A DNA stretch of 32,000 nt from Mycolicibacterium smegmatis (GTDB lineage: Bacteria; Actinomycetota; Actinomycetes; Mycobacteriales; Mycobacteriaceae): the NCBI RefSeq assembly GCF_001457595.1, contig NZ_LN831039.1, positions 750,001 through 782,000 of the forward strand, read 5' to 3'. The first letter of the stretch is position 1; each line of letters opens with the position of its first letter. The position numbers and the translations under genes are program-made. The notes under the pieces are model-generated. The model was given only the letters and a program-made list of their open reading frames with translations, was not told where the DNA came from and did not search any database. Of the stretch, positions 19,647-29,179 are shown in pieces.

Positions 19647-20318
19647 GTGGGCCGACATTCGTTAGCCAGCCCCCGCAGGCGCAAGCCGTCGGCGGTCGCG
19701 GCTGCCGTCATCGCACCGGCCGCGGTGTTCTTCGCGGTCGGTGGTGATGTCAACCCATTCCCCGCCGAGCCGGACATCAAACCCGCGGCCGCGCCCGAAG
19801 GCACCGGCCAACCCGTGCCGGGTATGGAACTCATCGCCGCCGGGCCCGCTGCCAACCCGTCCGCCACGCCCGCCGGAGTGAGCGCAGGAGCCGAGCCCGC
19901 CACCGCATCGAGGTGGCGCGTACTCAACATCCCGAAGCTGCTGCCCGCCGGGCGCGCGCCGGAAAGCGGCCTGCAGGTCAAGACCATCCTGGCCGCACGC
20001 AGCGTCAGCGCCGACTTCCCCGAGATCCAGCAGATCGGCGGTGTTCGCGCGGACTCCCTGCGCTGGCACCCGAACGGTCTGGCGCTCGACGTGATGATCC
20101 CGAACCCGAGCAGCCCAGCGGGTATCGCGCTGGGCAACGAGATCGTGGCGTACGCGCTGAAGAACGCCGAGCGGTTCGCGCTGCAGGACTGCATCTGGCG
20201 CGACACCTACTACACGCCCAGCGGCGCGCGTAAAGGCTCGTACGGTCACTACGACCATGTGCACATCACCACCAAGGGCGGTGGCTACCCGTCGGGTGGC
20301 GAGGTCTACCTGCGCTGA
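19647..20318 (+). CDS. Exported protein with ARB_07466-like / M15-peptidase-like C-terminal domain
   Basis: N-terminal hydrophobic segment AVAAAVIAPAAVFFAVGG; C-terminal LRWHPNGLALDVMIPN...GHYDHVHITT (H-x6-D ... HxH arrangement). Track start at 19608; GTG at 19647 is a likely start. Resembles M. tuberculosis Rv0320. Confidence 0.75.
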   Translation: MGRHSLASPRRRKPSAVAAAVIAPAAVFFAVGGDVNPFPAEPDIKPAAAPEGTGQPVPGMELIAAGPAANPSATPAGVSAGAEPATASRWRVLNIPKLLPAGRAPESGLQVKTILAARSVSADFPEIQQIGGVRADSLRWHPNGLALDVMIPNPSSPAGIALGNEIVAYALKNAERFALQDCIWRDTYYTPSGARKGSYGHYDHVHITTKGGGYPSGGEVYLR

Positions 20319-20363
20319 GCGTGTCGTGCGCATTCGGATGCGTCGACAATTACAGTCCGCATC

Positions 20364-21227
20364 GTGGCGCTGTCGCTCGGTTGGGCCCGTTCGGTGCTGC
20401 GTGCCGAGGTCGCTGAGATCCGCCGCAGCGATCCGGACCTCGATCCTCGGGACATTGCCGGCTTCTCGTTGCCCATCCTGGTGCGCGCACTCGGCATACT
20501 CGCCGTCGGCGTCGTCCCGATGCTGGTGGTCCGCAACGGCGACCGCGCCAATGCGGAACTGGTGGCGATCATCGGGTCGCTGGCGTTGGTGCTCATCTGC
20601 GCCGCGGTGGTCGCCTGGCTGATCTCGGTCGTGCTGTCCGGGCTCATCGTGATGGTGCTGTACCGCACGCGACCGGGCGCCTCCTCGCACCTGGTGATGA
20701 GGTCTCTGACCGATTCGTTCCTCCGTGTCAACGGCGCGACGTCGGCGCTGATGTTGTTGGCACTACTGGCGGGCCTGTTGGCGCTGGCGTTCGGGTTACC
20801 CACCCGCAGTTCCGATGAGCTGGCCAACTCGGTTCTCGACGACCTGTTGACGGCCCAGGTGGGGATGCTGCTGGTGGCGCTCGCATTCGCCTTCGTCATC
20901 GAGTCGATCCGGACGTCGGCAGACATCGTGAACGATCAGTCCCTGCTGCTCGCCTGGCCGTGGGCCCTGCTGATCGCCGCATCGAGTTGGGTCGCGGCGA
21001 CCACGCTCGGCCCGTTCGAGGTGACGCGGATGCTGACCATCCTGCTGCACGAGTGGCTGCCGGCGACCGTCGACGGGGTGCCGAGCGACGAGGTGATCGC
21101 CGACCTGGTGTCGCCGTCGGCGCGCTGGTGGGTGGTGTTCGGGCCGCTGCCTGTCATCACCGCGATCTGGGCGTATCAGGCCAAGCGGCACGGCGGGTTC
21201 GCGGCGCTGCAACAACACCGCGCCTGA
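20364..21227 (+). CDS. Conserved membrane protein of unknown function
   Basis: 287 aa with multiple hydrophobic helices (LPILVRALGILAVGVVPML, LALVLICAAVVAWLISVVLSGLIVMVLY, ALMLLALLAGLLALAFG, LLALAWPWALLIAAS-like). Confidence 0.75.
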   Translation: MALSLGWARSVLRAEVAEIRRSDPDLDPRDIAGFSLPILVRALGILAVGVVPMLVVRNGDRANAELVAIIGSLALVLICAAVVAWLISVVLSGLIVMVLYRTRPGASSHLVMRSLTDSFLRVNGATSALMLLALLAGLLALAFGLPTRSSDELANSVLDDLLTAQVGMLLVALAFAFVIESIRTSADIVNDQSLLLAWPWALLIAASSWVAATTLGPFEVTRMLTILLHEWLPATVDGVPSDEVIADLVSPSARWWVVFGPLPVITAIWAYQAKRHGGFAALQQHRA

Positions 21228-21258
21228 ACGCGCAGGCGACGGACGCCGTTTCACAGGG

Positions 21259-22236
21259 ATGCCCTCATTCGTGGATATCGGCATCGAGGTGATGCAGTGC
21301 CTCGCGATTTCGGTGCCGGTCGGGATCGGTATGACGGTCTCGGTGCTCGCGCTGCCGGAGGAAACCGGCGGCGTGGTCGCCAAACGCGTGCGGGCCCTGG
21401 CGTTGCCTGCGGCCGTCCTGGTGTTTCTCGCGGCCTTGCCCGCATTCCCCGCCGCTGACACCGGCGCGGCGCGGGTCGAAGCGGTCGGCCTGGTGGTGAC
21501 CGGTCTCGGATTGGCGGCGTTGTGGACGTGGGCCTCCCGGCCGCTGGCCGGCGGTGTCGCAGCGATCGCGGCGCTCACGGGCTTCGTCCCCAACGTGCCG
21601 GTGACCTTCACGCTGAACGATGTCGCACACGACCTGTTGACCGCGGTCCACGTGCTGGGCATGCAGGTTTGGACGGGCGGGCTCATCGTGCTCGCGCTCG
21701 CCGGAGTTCTGGGCCGGATCGGCGGCCCGCCGCCAGATGCGTTGCGCGCCACCGAGGACTGGACACGCATCTGGGAGCGGTTCACCCTCGTGGCGATGTG
21801 CGCGGTCGGGGCGATGATCGTGAGCGGGACGTGGCTCGCGTGGACACACGTCGGCACGGTCGGCCAATTCTTCACGACGTCCTACGGGCGGCATCTCTTC
21901 GTCAAGCTCGTCTTCGTCCTCGCGCTCGTGCTGGCCGGCGCCTACAACATGCGGGTGCTCCTGCCGAAGATCGCCGAGGCCAGAGGGCTGGGTGATCACC
22001 GCTGGGCGTTCCGGCTGGCGGTCGAGCACTTCCCTGCGGTGGTGCTCGGCGAGGTGGCACTGGCGCTCGCGATCCTGGTGATGGTGACGTTCCTGCACGG
22101 ATCTGCACGCGCGCAGGCGGGTTGGCCCGCGGCGCGCGCCTTCGACCTCACGGTGCTCGGTTCGGGTGTGGTGCTCACCGTGCTGGTGGCAATTGCGTTG
22201 CGGGCCGGACGCTCCCGCAGCGGTGCACCGAAGTAG
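21259..22236 (+). CDS. CopD-domain-like integral membrane protein
   Basis: HDLLTAVHVLGMQVWTGGLIVLALAGVL...FVKLVFVLALVLAGAYNMRVLLP resembles copper resistance D domain proteins. Confidence 0.7.
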   Translation: MPSFVDIGIEVMQCLAISVPVGIGMTVSVLALPEETGGVVAKRVRALALPAAVLVFLAALPAFPAADTGAARVEAVGLVVTGLGLAALWTWASRPLAGGVAAIAALTGFVPNVPVTFTLNDVAHDLLTAVHVLGMQVWTGGLIVLALAGVLGRIGGPPPDALRATEDWTRIWERFTLVAMCAVGAMIVSGTWLAWTHVGTVGQFFTTSYGRHLFVKLVFVLALVLAGAYNMRVLLPKIAEARGLGDHRWAFRLAVEHFPAVVLGEVALALAILVMVTFLHGSARAQAGWPAARAFDLTVLGSGVVLTVLVAIALRAGRSRSGAPK

Positions 22237-22239
22237 CGA

Positions 22240-23175
22240 TCAGGGCACCTGCGGTTTGATCTCCTCGATCACCCACTGGGCGTAATCGAGATACTCGTCG
22301 ACACCGCGTACGGGCGGCAGCGGTACCGCGCTGACGGTCACGCCCTGCTCGCCCAGCCAGCTCAGCCGGTCGATGATCTCCTGGGCGCTCATGCCCGGGC
22401 GGGCGTTGGGATCGTCGCGCACGGTGTGCCCTTCACCCACCCGCGTGGTGGCCATACCGTGGACCACGTCGAACGCGCGTCCGTCGTACTCCGGCTGTGA
22501 CTTGATGAAATCGATCCGCTCCGCGAGCTTTTCGGGCGGCGTCAGAAACGACCACCAGCCCGAGGCGTATCTGGCGGCCCGGCGCAGTGCGGCGTCGGCG
22601 TCACCGCCGATGAAGATGGGCAGGTGTGGTTTCTGCACGGGCTTGGGCTCGAACGCGATATCGCCGAACGAGACGTAGCGTCCCTCGAACTTGGGTGAGT
22701 CGCTGGTCCACAACTCGACGATCGCGGCGAGGTACTCGTCGGCCATGCGCCCGCGTTCGTGGAACGGCACCCCGAGCAGCTCGAACTCCCGCTGGAGCCA
22801 TCCCACTCCGAACGTGACCATCATGCGTCCGCTGCTCATCCAGTCCGCGGTCGCGAGCGCTTTCGCCAGCACGATGGGGTGCTGCAGCGGCAACACCGTG
22901 ATGCACGAGTTGAGCATGATGCGCTCGGTCGCCCCGGCGATGTAGGCCTGCGCGACCGTCGACTGCAGATAGTGCGGGCCGGACAGTTCGACATGTTCGT
23001 TCGGTATCACGAAATGCTCTGGTACGGCGATCATGTCGTAGCCCCATCGGTCGGCGCACTTGACCATCCGTGTCTGGTCGGCGCCCGTCACCTCGGCCTC
23101 CCACGGTTGCATCATCGCCTTGAGGCGCAGCATGTGGGGCAGGTTGAACACGAGCTTCATACCGAACTCCTTCAC
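22240..23175 (-). CDS. LLM-class, probably F420-dependent oxidoreductase
   Basis: WGYDMIAVPEHF, SSGRMMVTFGVGWLQREFELLG, RYVSFGDIAFEPKPVQKPHLPIFIGGDADAALRRAARYASGWW. Alternative start MKLVFNLP at 23160. Confidence 0.88.
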   Translation of the reverse strand: MKEFGMKLVFNLPHMLRLKAMMQPWEAEVTGADQTRMVKCADRWGYDMIAVPEHFVIPNEHVELSGPHYLQSTVAQAYIAGATERIMLNSCITVLPLQHPIVLAKALATADWMSSGRMMVTFGVGWLQREFELLGVPFHERGRMADEYLAAIVELWTSDSPKFEGRYVSFGDIAFEPKPVQKPHLPIFIGGDADAALRRAARYASGWWSFLTPPEKLAERIDFIKSQPEYDGRAFDVVHGMATTRVGEGHTVRDDPNARPGMSAQEIIDRLSWLGEQGVTVSAVPLPPVRGVDEYLDYAQWVIEEIKPQVP

Positions 23176-23232
23176 GGACCTGGGAGAGGTGGCTTCTCGA
23201 AATCAGAGAGTATTAGCTGCCGACGATTGAAA

Positions 23233-23248
23233 CTCTATTATCGTAGAG
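23233..23248. promoter_or_regulatory. Inverted repeat CTCTA-TTATCG-TAGAG in divergent LLM/SDR promoter region
   Basis: Perfect 5-bp arms with AT-rich centre in a GC-rich genome, within the 114-bp intergenic region. Confidence 0.45.
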
Positions 23249-23289
23249 AAAGTTGAAAGCCCGTATCGCGGGCGGAACAGGAGACGGCG

Positions 23290-24069
23290 ATGGCGGTGCA
23301 GCTGGACCTGACGGGGCGGCGGGTTCTCATCACGGGCGCGGGACAGGGCGTGGGACGCGGTCTCGCGCTGGCGTTCGCGTCGGCCGGAGCGGCCGTGGTG
23401 GTCAATGACCTGCGCGCCGAACGCGCCGAGGCCGTCGTCGACGAGATCAAAGCCCAGGGCGGTACGGCCGCCGCTGCGGCCTTCGATGTCACCGACTTCG
23501 ACGCGGTCACCGCCGCCGTGGTGGCCGCGGGCCACGTCGACATCCTGGTCAACAACGCGGGCAACGCGGGTGCCGAAGGCTTCGCGTCGCGCGCGCCGTT
23601 CGCCGAGACCACACCGGAGGACTGGGAGCCGTTCCTGCGGGTGAATCTCTACGGCGTCCTGCACTGCACGCGCGCGGTGCTGCCGTGGATGATCGAGCAC
23701 AAATGGGGCCGGGTGCTCACCATCGTGTCCGACGCGGGGCGCACCGGCGACGCCAACGGCGCGACCTACGCCGCGGCCAAAGCCGGTGCGGCCGGGCTGA
23801 CTCGATCACTGGCGCTGGAAACTGGACGCCACGGCATCACGGCCAACAACATCGCACTCGGCACCATGCGCACGCCGCTCACCGAACCGCTGTGGGCCGA
23901 ACAGGCCGACTCGCCGCAGGCCAAGGCGATCCTTGCCGGTTACGCTGTGCGCAGGCCCGGGTTGCCCGAGGACGTCACACATCTGGCGGTGCTGTTGGCC
24001 AGTGACCACGGGTCGTGGATCACCGGGCAGACCATCCCGGTCAACGGGGGCTACTCGTTCGCTCTCTGA
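23290..24069 (+). CDS. Short-chain dehydrogenase/reductase
   Basis: LITGAGQGVGRG, DILVNNAG, YAAAKAG, PVNGGYSF. Confidence 0.92.
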   Translation: MAVQLDLTGRRVLITGAGQGVGRGLALAFASAGAAVVVNDLRAERAEAVVDEIKAQGGTAAAAAFDVTDFDAVTAAVVAAGHVDILVNNAGNAGAEGFASRAPFAETTPEDWEPFLRVNLYGVLHCTRAVLPWMIEHKWGRVLTIVSDAGRTGDANGATYAAAKAGAAGLTRSLALETGRHGITANNIALGTMRTPLTEPLWAEQADSPQAKAILAGYAVRRPGLPEDVTHLAVLLASDHGSWITGQTIPVNGGYSFAL

Positions 24070-24672
24070 TCAGCCCTGTTCAGGCTGCGGGCCGCCGCGG
24101 CAGAGTGAACAGATGATGGCTTCGAGTTGCTCGGCCGAGCCGATGGTGCGGTCGCCGCGGCTGAGGGCCAGCAGCAGGCCGCTGATGAACGTCAACAGCA
24201 CATAGGTCCGTTCGGCCACCTCCGCCGAATCGGCGTCGGGCGAAAGGCGTTGCACCACATCGCGATGCATGTCGACGAACCGCTGCTGGTGCAGCGCGAA
24301 CACCTGCGCCAGGCCGGGGTCGCGGCTCGACGGCATCGCGAGCTCGAGGCGGGCCCGGCTGCGGACGAATCCGGGCCCGTCCGCGGCGCGCATCACCAGC
24401 GCCGCCAGTCCCGCGGCCGGGTTCTCACCCGGGGCGGGAGGTTCGGTGGCCGCGGTCAGATCCTGCAGATCCAACTCGGCGACGCGGCCGGCGACCGCGT
24501 GCAGCAGCGCCGAACTGGTGCGGAAGTAGAAGGACGTCGTGCCGTCCGGGACTCCGGCCGTGCGGTCCACCTTCAGGTGCGTGAGACCCTTGATACCCTC
24601 GTCGGCCAGCAGTCGGATCGCCGCGTCGCAGAGTTCACGCCGGCGCTGTTCGGGGTTCTGTTTGCGTCCCAT
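24070..24672 (-). CDS. TetR-family transcriptional regulator
   Basis: EQRRRELCDAAIRLLADEGIKGLTHLKVDRTAGVPDGTTSFYFRTSSALLHAV is a TetR N-terminal HTH. Confidence 0.88.
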   Translation of the reverse strand: MGRKQNPEQRRRELCDAAIRLLADEGIKGLTHLKVDRTAGVPDGTTSFYFRTSSALLHAVAGRVAELDLQDLTAATEPPAPGENPAAGLAALVMRAADGPGFVRSRARLELAMPSSRDPGLAQVFALHQQRFVDMHRDVVQRLSPDADSAEVAERTYVLLTFISGLLLALSRGDRTIGSAEQLEAIICSLCRGGPQPEQG

Positions 24673-24717
24673 GGGTTTCGCACAGCATATCGGCGTCGCC
24701 GCGGTGCGAGAACGGGA

Positions 24718-25902
24718 TCAGGCCCCCTGGTACGCGCGGGCAACCCGCGTGACGAACTGATAGACACCGTCCTCGTCGGGCGCCAGCGGGCCGGGCCTCG
24801 CATGCGGAGACGACAGGCCGCGCTGCACCGATTCGCACGCCGCCCAGTCCTGGCGGTTGGTCAGATCCCAGAAGTCCACCGCGTACGCCGGATCGAAACC
24901 GGGTCTTCCGACCGCTTCCCTGGGAAACGCCCACGCGCATTCCACGTGGGTACGGTCGACGGCCAGCGGTGTCATGAGATGCGTCATGACGTAGTCGGGA
25001 TGCAGGCTCACCAACAGGTTGGGGTAGCCCACGAGATACATCACCGTCCGCAGTTCGTGCTCCGACAGGCCCGCGATCGCGACGCCGCCGCTGCGGCCGT
25101 CCAGCGACATGGTCTCGGCGCCATCGACGATCGACATCCAGCCGCCCATCCAGGACCCGGGCAACTCGAGGTTCTCGCCACTGGTGGGCGGGCTGATGCG
25201 CGACAGCTCGGGATGGATGGACGAGCAGTGGTAGCACTCCTGGTAGTTCTCGGCGATGATCTTCCAGTTGGCCGCCAGCTCGTAGGAGTGCCGCGCGACG
25301 ATCGTGAGGTCTTCGGGACGATACGGCGACACCACGTCTTCCAGTCCGGCAACGTGCGTCGTGAAATCGGCATCCTGACCACTGGGGTCCACGAAAAGCC
25401 AACCGTGCCAGTCGACGAGGCGCAGCTCGACGAGGCCGAAGGCGTCCGGGTCGAACCCCTCGACGTCCTTGAACCCGGGCGCGTTGCGCACCGAACCGTC
25501 GAGCCGGTACGACCACGCGTGATACGGGCACACGATGCTGCGGCGTTTGGCCGACGCACCGCACGACAACAGTTCGTGATTGCGGTGGCGGCATGCGTTG
25601 GCGAAGGCCCGCATCCGGTTGTCCTCACCGCGCACGAGCAGCACGCCGTTGGCCCCCGAACCGACGGCGCGCTGTGCGCCGGGCGCCTCGAGATCGGCGG
25701 CATGGCCCACACAGGTCCAGCCCGAGAAGATCGCCTGCTGCTCCCACGCGAACACTGCTGGATCGACGTAGGCCTCGCGCGGCAGCATGCGGGAGTGCCC
25801 GAACGGTGCCAGTGCGGCAGCCAGATCGTCGGCCGGTACGGGCGCGGGACCGATCTGTTTGAACATACAGTCAGGATAGTCGTCGGCCCCGGAATGGTCC
25901 AC
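24718..25902 (-). CDS. Rieske non-haem iron oxygenase alpha subunit (choline monooxygenase/GbcA-like group)
   Basis: Rieske CRHRNHELLSCG...CPYHAWSY; mononuclear-iron motif NWKIIAENYQECYHCSSIHPEL. Confidence 0.9.
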   Translation of the reverse strand: MDHSGADDYPDCMFKQIGPAPVPADDLAAALAPFGHSRMLPREAYVDPAVFAWEQQAIFSGWTCVGHAADLEAPGAQRAVGSGANGVLLVRGEDNRMRAFANACRHRNHELLSCGASAKRRSIVCPYHAWSYRLDGSVRNAPGFKDVEGFDPDAFGLVELRLVDWHGWLFVDPSGQDADFTTHVAGLEDVVSPYRPEDLTIVARHSYELAANWKIIAENYQECYHCSSIHPELSRISPPTSGENLELPGSWMGGWMSIVDGAETMSLDGRSGGVAIAGLSEHELRTVMYLVGYPNLLVSLHPDYVMTHLMTPLAVDRTHVECAWAFPREAVGRPGFDPAYAVDFWDLTNRQDWAACESVQRGLSSPHARPGPLAPDEDGVYQFVTRVARAYQGA

Positions 25903-25916
25903 AGCCGCGTGGACGT

Positions 25917-26822
25917 TCAGCCGGCGGTGGTCTCACCCGCGAAGCCCGTGATACCGCGGTCGGCCATCGCGTCACCGCGAGTCATCCTGCGGTACACCAG
26001 GAATCCGACGACGATCGCGACGAGTGCGGCCAACAGGAGCAGTGTCGCCAGGGCGTTGAGCGCAGGTGTGGGGGCAGCCCGCGCGGTGTTGTAGATCTTC
26101 ACCGAAACCGGTTCGGTGGCAGCGTCACTGGACAGATAGCGCACCAGGACGAAATCGTCGATCACGTCGGCGAACACCAGCACCGTGCTCGCGAAGATCG
26201 CAGGCATCAACATCGGCAGGGTCACGCGGCGCAGCGCGTCCAGCGGCGCCGCGCCGAGATCCATTGCCGCTTCCTCGTATTGTCGGCCGATGGTCGCCAG
26301 GCGGGCGCGGACCAGCACGGCCGGATACGCGATCTGGAAGGTGACCAGACCGATCACCTGCGCCGAGGTGCCCAACCCGATGGGCAGCGCCAACGACGTC
26401 ACCACGAACAGCAGCGCGACCGCCAGCAGCACCTCGGGGACGACGAACGATACGAGCATCAGCATGTTGGCGCCCGACGGCAACCGGCCCCGCCAGCGGT
26501 CGATGCCGATCGCGAACAGCACGCCGAGTGGCACGGTGATCAACGTGGTGATCACGCCGAGTTTCAGCGTCTGCAACAGTGCGGTGTGCAAAGCCGCGTC
26601 GTGCCACACCGATTTCACCGGGTCGCCCCAGTACCAGCGGAACGAGAAGCCCTCCCAGCGCGTGCGGGAACGTCCGTCGTTGAACGAGAACATCACCGCG
26701 ATCAGCACCGGAAGCAGTGACCACACCAGGTAGATCACCGTGACGCCCACCAGGATTCGCGGCGGCCGCCACGGATCGCGCCACCATGCGACAGGTGAGC
26801 GCAGGGTTCGCGCGGTGCTCAT
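25917..26822 (-). CDS. ABC transporter permease, spermidine/putrescine type (PotC-like)
   Basis: 301 aa, MSTARTL...VMFSFNDG...LGAAPLDALRRVTLPMLMPAIFASTVLVFADVIDDFVLVRYLS, typical EAA loop. It is the C-terminal part of the artefactual 590-aa ORF. Confidence 0.92.
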   Translation of the reverse strand: MSTARTLRSPVAWWRDPWRPPRILVGVTVIYLVWSLLPVLIAVMFSFNDGRSRTRWEGFSFRWYWGDPVKSVWHDAALHTALLQTLKLGVITTLITVPLGVLFAIGIDRWRGRLPSGANMLMLVSFVVPEVLLAVALLFVVTSLALPIGLGTSAQVIGLVTFQIAYPAVLVRARLATIGRQYEEAAMDLGAAPLDALRRVTLPMLMPAIFASTVLVFADVIDDFVLVRYLSSDAATEPVSVKIYNTARAAPTPALNALATLLLLAALVAIVVGFLVYRRMTRGDAMADRGITGFAGETTAG

Positions 26823-27760
26823 GACGCCACCTCGTCGCCGCGTGAGGTCACGCGCACGTAGTAGAACATCGGCAGGACCGTCACGATCAGCACCAGCATC
26901 ACGAACGCGCCGGCCTGCCCGGTCTGGCCCGGCGCGTGCACGCTGTCGTTGATGAGGTTGCCCACCATGGCGGTCTTGGGGGACGCCGAGAGCATGTCGG
27001 AGGTGAAGTAGTCGCCCAGCATCGGCAGGCAGGTCAGCAGCACAGCCGCGACGATCGTGGGCCGGCACATCGGCAGCGTCACGCGCCAGAACGACGCCAA
27101 CCGGTCGGCGCCCAGATCCCGCGCGGCCTCCAGCGTCGACTGCGGCAGACGATCCAGACCCGCGTACAGGGGCAGGATCATGTACGGCACATAGCCGTAC
27201 ACCAGACCCAGGATCACCACGACGGGCTGACCGGTCAGCCAGTGCACGCTCGCGTCGAAGAAACCGCCGAACGACAGCAGACGGTTGACCATGCCGTCGT
27301 CCTGTAACAGGTTGACCCAGGCCAGCATCCGCATCATGTAGCTGATCCAGAACGGCGCGATCAGCAGTGCCAGCAGGATGCCCTTGCGCCGTCCGGACAG
27401 CCGAGCCACGTAGTACGCGACCGGGAACGCGATCAGCAGGCACAGCAGGCCGGCGATGCCCACGTAGACGGCGGTGCGGATCAGCGCAGGGCCGTAGACC
27501 TCGTTGGGGCCGATGCGCTCCAGCACGTACATGAACTGGGTGGCGTCCCAGTACAGCGGATTCCACACTGGCACCGGGGTCCGGAAGATCGGGTCGATCT
27601 GGCCGAACACGATGGCCGCCACCACATACAGTGGTGCGACGACGAACAGCAGCAGCCAGACCAGGCCCGGCGAGGCCAGCAGCGGCCACAGGGGATTGGT
27701 CCGCTCACGTGACGCCCTGCGTGGCCTCGAGGGCCCTGCCGGCGGCGCCGTCACCGCCAC
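26819..27760 (-). CDS. ABC transporter permease, spermidine/putrescine type (PotB-like)
   Basis: Multiple TM helices, TLEAARDLGADRLASFWRVTLPMCRPTIVAAVLLTCLPMLGDYFTSDMLSA; ATGA overlap with the potC-like gene. Confidence 0.92.
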   Translation of the reverse strand: MAVTAPPAGPSRPRRASRERTNPLWPLLASPGLVWLLLFVVAPLYVVAAIVFGQIDPIFRTPVPVWNPLYWDATQFMYVLERIGPNEVYGPALIRTAVYVGIAGLLCLLIAFPVAYYVARLSGRRKGILLALLIAPFWISYMMRMLAWVNLLQDDGMVNRLLSFGGFFDASVHWLTGQPVVVILGLVYGYVPYMILPLYAGLDRLPQSTLEAARDLGADRLASFWRVTLPMCRPTIVAAVLLTCLPMLGDYFTSDMLSASPKTAMVGNLINDSVHAPGQTGQAGAFVMLVLIVTVLPMFYYVRVTSRGDEVAS

Positions 27761-27764
27761 GGAG

Positions 27765-29045
27765 TCAGGACCCTCCGGCCTTGAAGCCGCGCCAGACGTT
27801 GTGCCACGCGGCGTCGTTCTCGGCGTCGAGTTCCAGCAGGCGGTATCCGGCGTCGAAGTACTCGGGTTTGACGATCGCCGACGTCAGGTTCTCGGGGATG
27901 GTTCCGTCGGCGACCAGGGTGTCGGGATTGATCGACTTCTGCGGCGGCTGGTAGCCGATCTGCGTGAAGTTCTGTTGCGCCGAAACCGGATCCAGCATGT
28001 GGTTGAGGAACAGGTGTGCCAGCACCGGGTTCTTGCCGCTCTTGAGGATGACCATGAGGTCGTTGTCCACCAGGCCCTTGCCGTCGGCCGGGAACCAGTA
28101 CTGCAGGATCTCCGGCGGGGTGTTCTCGGGCAGGTAGCCGAGCGCCTGGATGATGTCACCCGACCACATCTGGGCCAGGCCGATCTGGCCTGCGGGCACA
28201 TCGTTGTACATCGTGATGGTGACCTTGGGGGAGGTCGCGGCCACCATCTGCCGGAGTTGTTCACCGACCATGTCCAGATCGGTCTGCGACGACGTGTTGA
28301 CATCGGTGATACCGTTGCGCAGCAGTACCATCGCCATCGCGGTGTGCCAGTCGTCGATGATCGCGGTCTTGTTCTTGTATCTCGGATCCCACAGCGCGTC
28401 ATACGGATTGGGCAACGCGCCGATGTCCTCGGGGACCTGGTCGGTGCGCCACCCGATTCCGGTGGTGTAGACGGTGTACGGCGTGGTGTAGCGCCACTCC
28501 TTGTCGTACCACGGGTTGGTGAACACCGGCCACACGTTCTCGATGTTCGGAATGTAGCTGTGGTTCAACGGTTTGAGCAGGCCACCGTTGACCAGCCGGC
28601 TGATCTGGTCGTAGCTGGGGAAGTAGATGTCGTAATCGACGTTGCCGCCGCGGATCTTGGTGATGGCTTCGTCGGTGTCGTTGAACGTCGAGACCTGGAC
28701 CTTGGTCTGGTACTTGTCCTCGAACGAGGACACCGCGTCGGGCGAGATGTAATCGGCATAGCTGTACAGCTGCAGGGTGGCGCCCTTCTCGGGTGCCAGC
28801 CCGTCGGCGATCGGCTCGTTGTCCGAGGCGATGTCCCATGTCACCGGGCTGCTCGGCGACGCGATGGTCAGGCTGGGGGCCGACGACCCCGGGCCCGACG
28901 GCCCGCCTTTGGAGCACGCGTCGAGCAGGACGCCCAGCGCCGGGGCGCTCGCGGCGATCAACGCGGCCCGCGTCAGGAACTGTCTACGGGTGGGCCCGGA
29001 GCGGGGCATCCCGTGCGGCAGTGCGTTTCCGGTGGGTCCAGGCAT
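27765..29045 (-). CDS. ABC transporter substrate-binding protein, polyamine type (PotD-like), Tat lipoprotein
   Basis: TRRQFLTRAALIAASAPALGVLLDACSKGG (twin Arg + lipobox); LQLYSYADYISPDAVSSFEDKYQTKVQVSTFNDTDEAITKI and GNVDYDIYFPSYDQISRLV. Confidence 0.92.
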   Translation of the reverse strand: MPGPTGNALPHGMPRSGPTRRQFLTRAALIAASAPALGVLLDACSKGGPSGPGSSAPSLTIASPSSPVTWDIASDNEPIADGLAPEKGATLQLYSYADYISPDAVSSFEDKYQTKVQVSTFNDTDEAITKIRGGNVDYDIYFPSYDQISRLVNGGLLKPLNHSYIPNIENVWPVFTNPWYDKEWRYTTPYTVYTTGIGWRTDQVPEDIGALPNPYDALWDPRYKNKTAIIDDWHTAMAMVLLRNGITDVNTSSQTDLDMVGEQLRQMVAATSPKVTITMYNDVPAGQIGLAQMWSGDIIQALGYLPENTPPEILQYWFPADGKGLVDNDLMVILKSGKNPVLAHLFLNHMLDPVSAQQNFTQIGYQPPQKSINPDTLVADGTIPENLTSAIVKPEYFDAGYRLLELDAENDAAWHNVWRGFKAGGS

Positions 29046-29093
29046 ACCGGCCTCCTGCGGTCCGCGTCTTGTCGCTGGTTGGACTCTCGCATA

Positions 29094-29109
29094 GACTGAA
29101 CGCTCAGTC
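29094..29109. promoter_or_regulatory. TetR-type palindrome GACTGA-ACGC-TCAGTC in divergent promoter
   Basis: Perfect 6-bp arms; minus strand reads TTGACTGAGCGTTCAGTCTA, so the site overlaps a plausible -35 (TTGACT) for the potD-like operon. Confidence 0.65.
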
Positions 29110-29179
29110 AAGGTACAAAACCGCACATCATCTGCTTCTTTGACCGGATGCGAGCGCGTACCTGAGTGGAGGTAATCCA

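Noticed and set aside
24127-26094. 655-aa plus-strand ORF, the longest unassigned frame in this part
   Set aside because: Antisense over TetR, Rieske and PotC-like genes; spans real gene boundaries, which marks it as a shadow ORF.
25917-27689. 590-aa minus-strand ORF as a single protein
   Set aside because: Only its C-terminal 301 aa (from ATG 26822) is a PotC-like permease; the N-terminal part is a shadow frame over the PotB-like gene with Arg/Gly/Ala-biased composition.
27504-29099. 531-aa plus-strand ORF
   Set aside because: Antisense to the PotD-like and PotB-like genes; no domain similarity.
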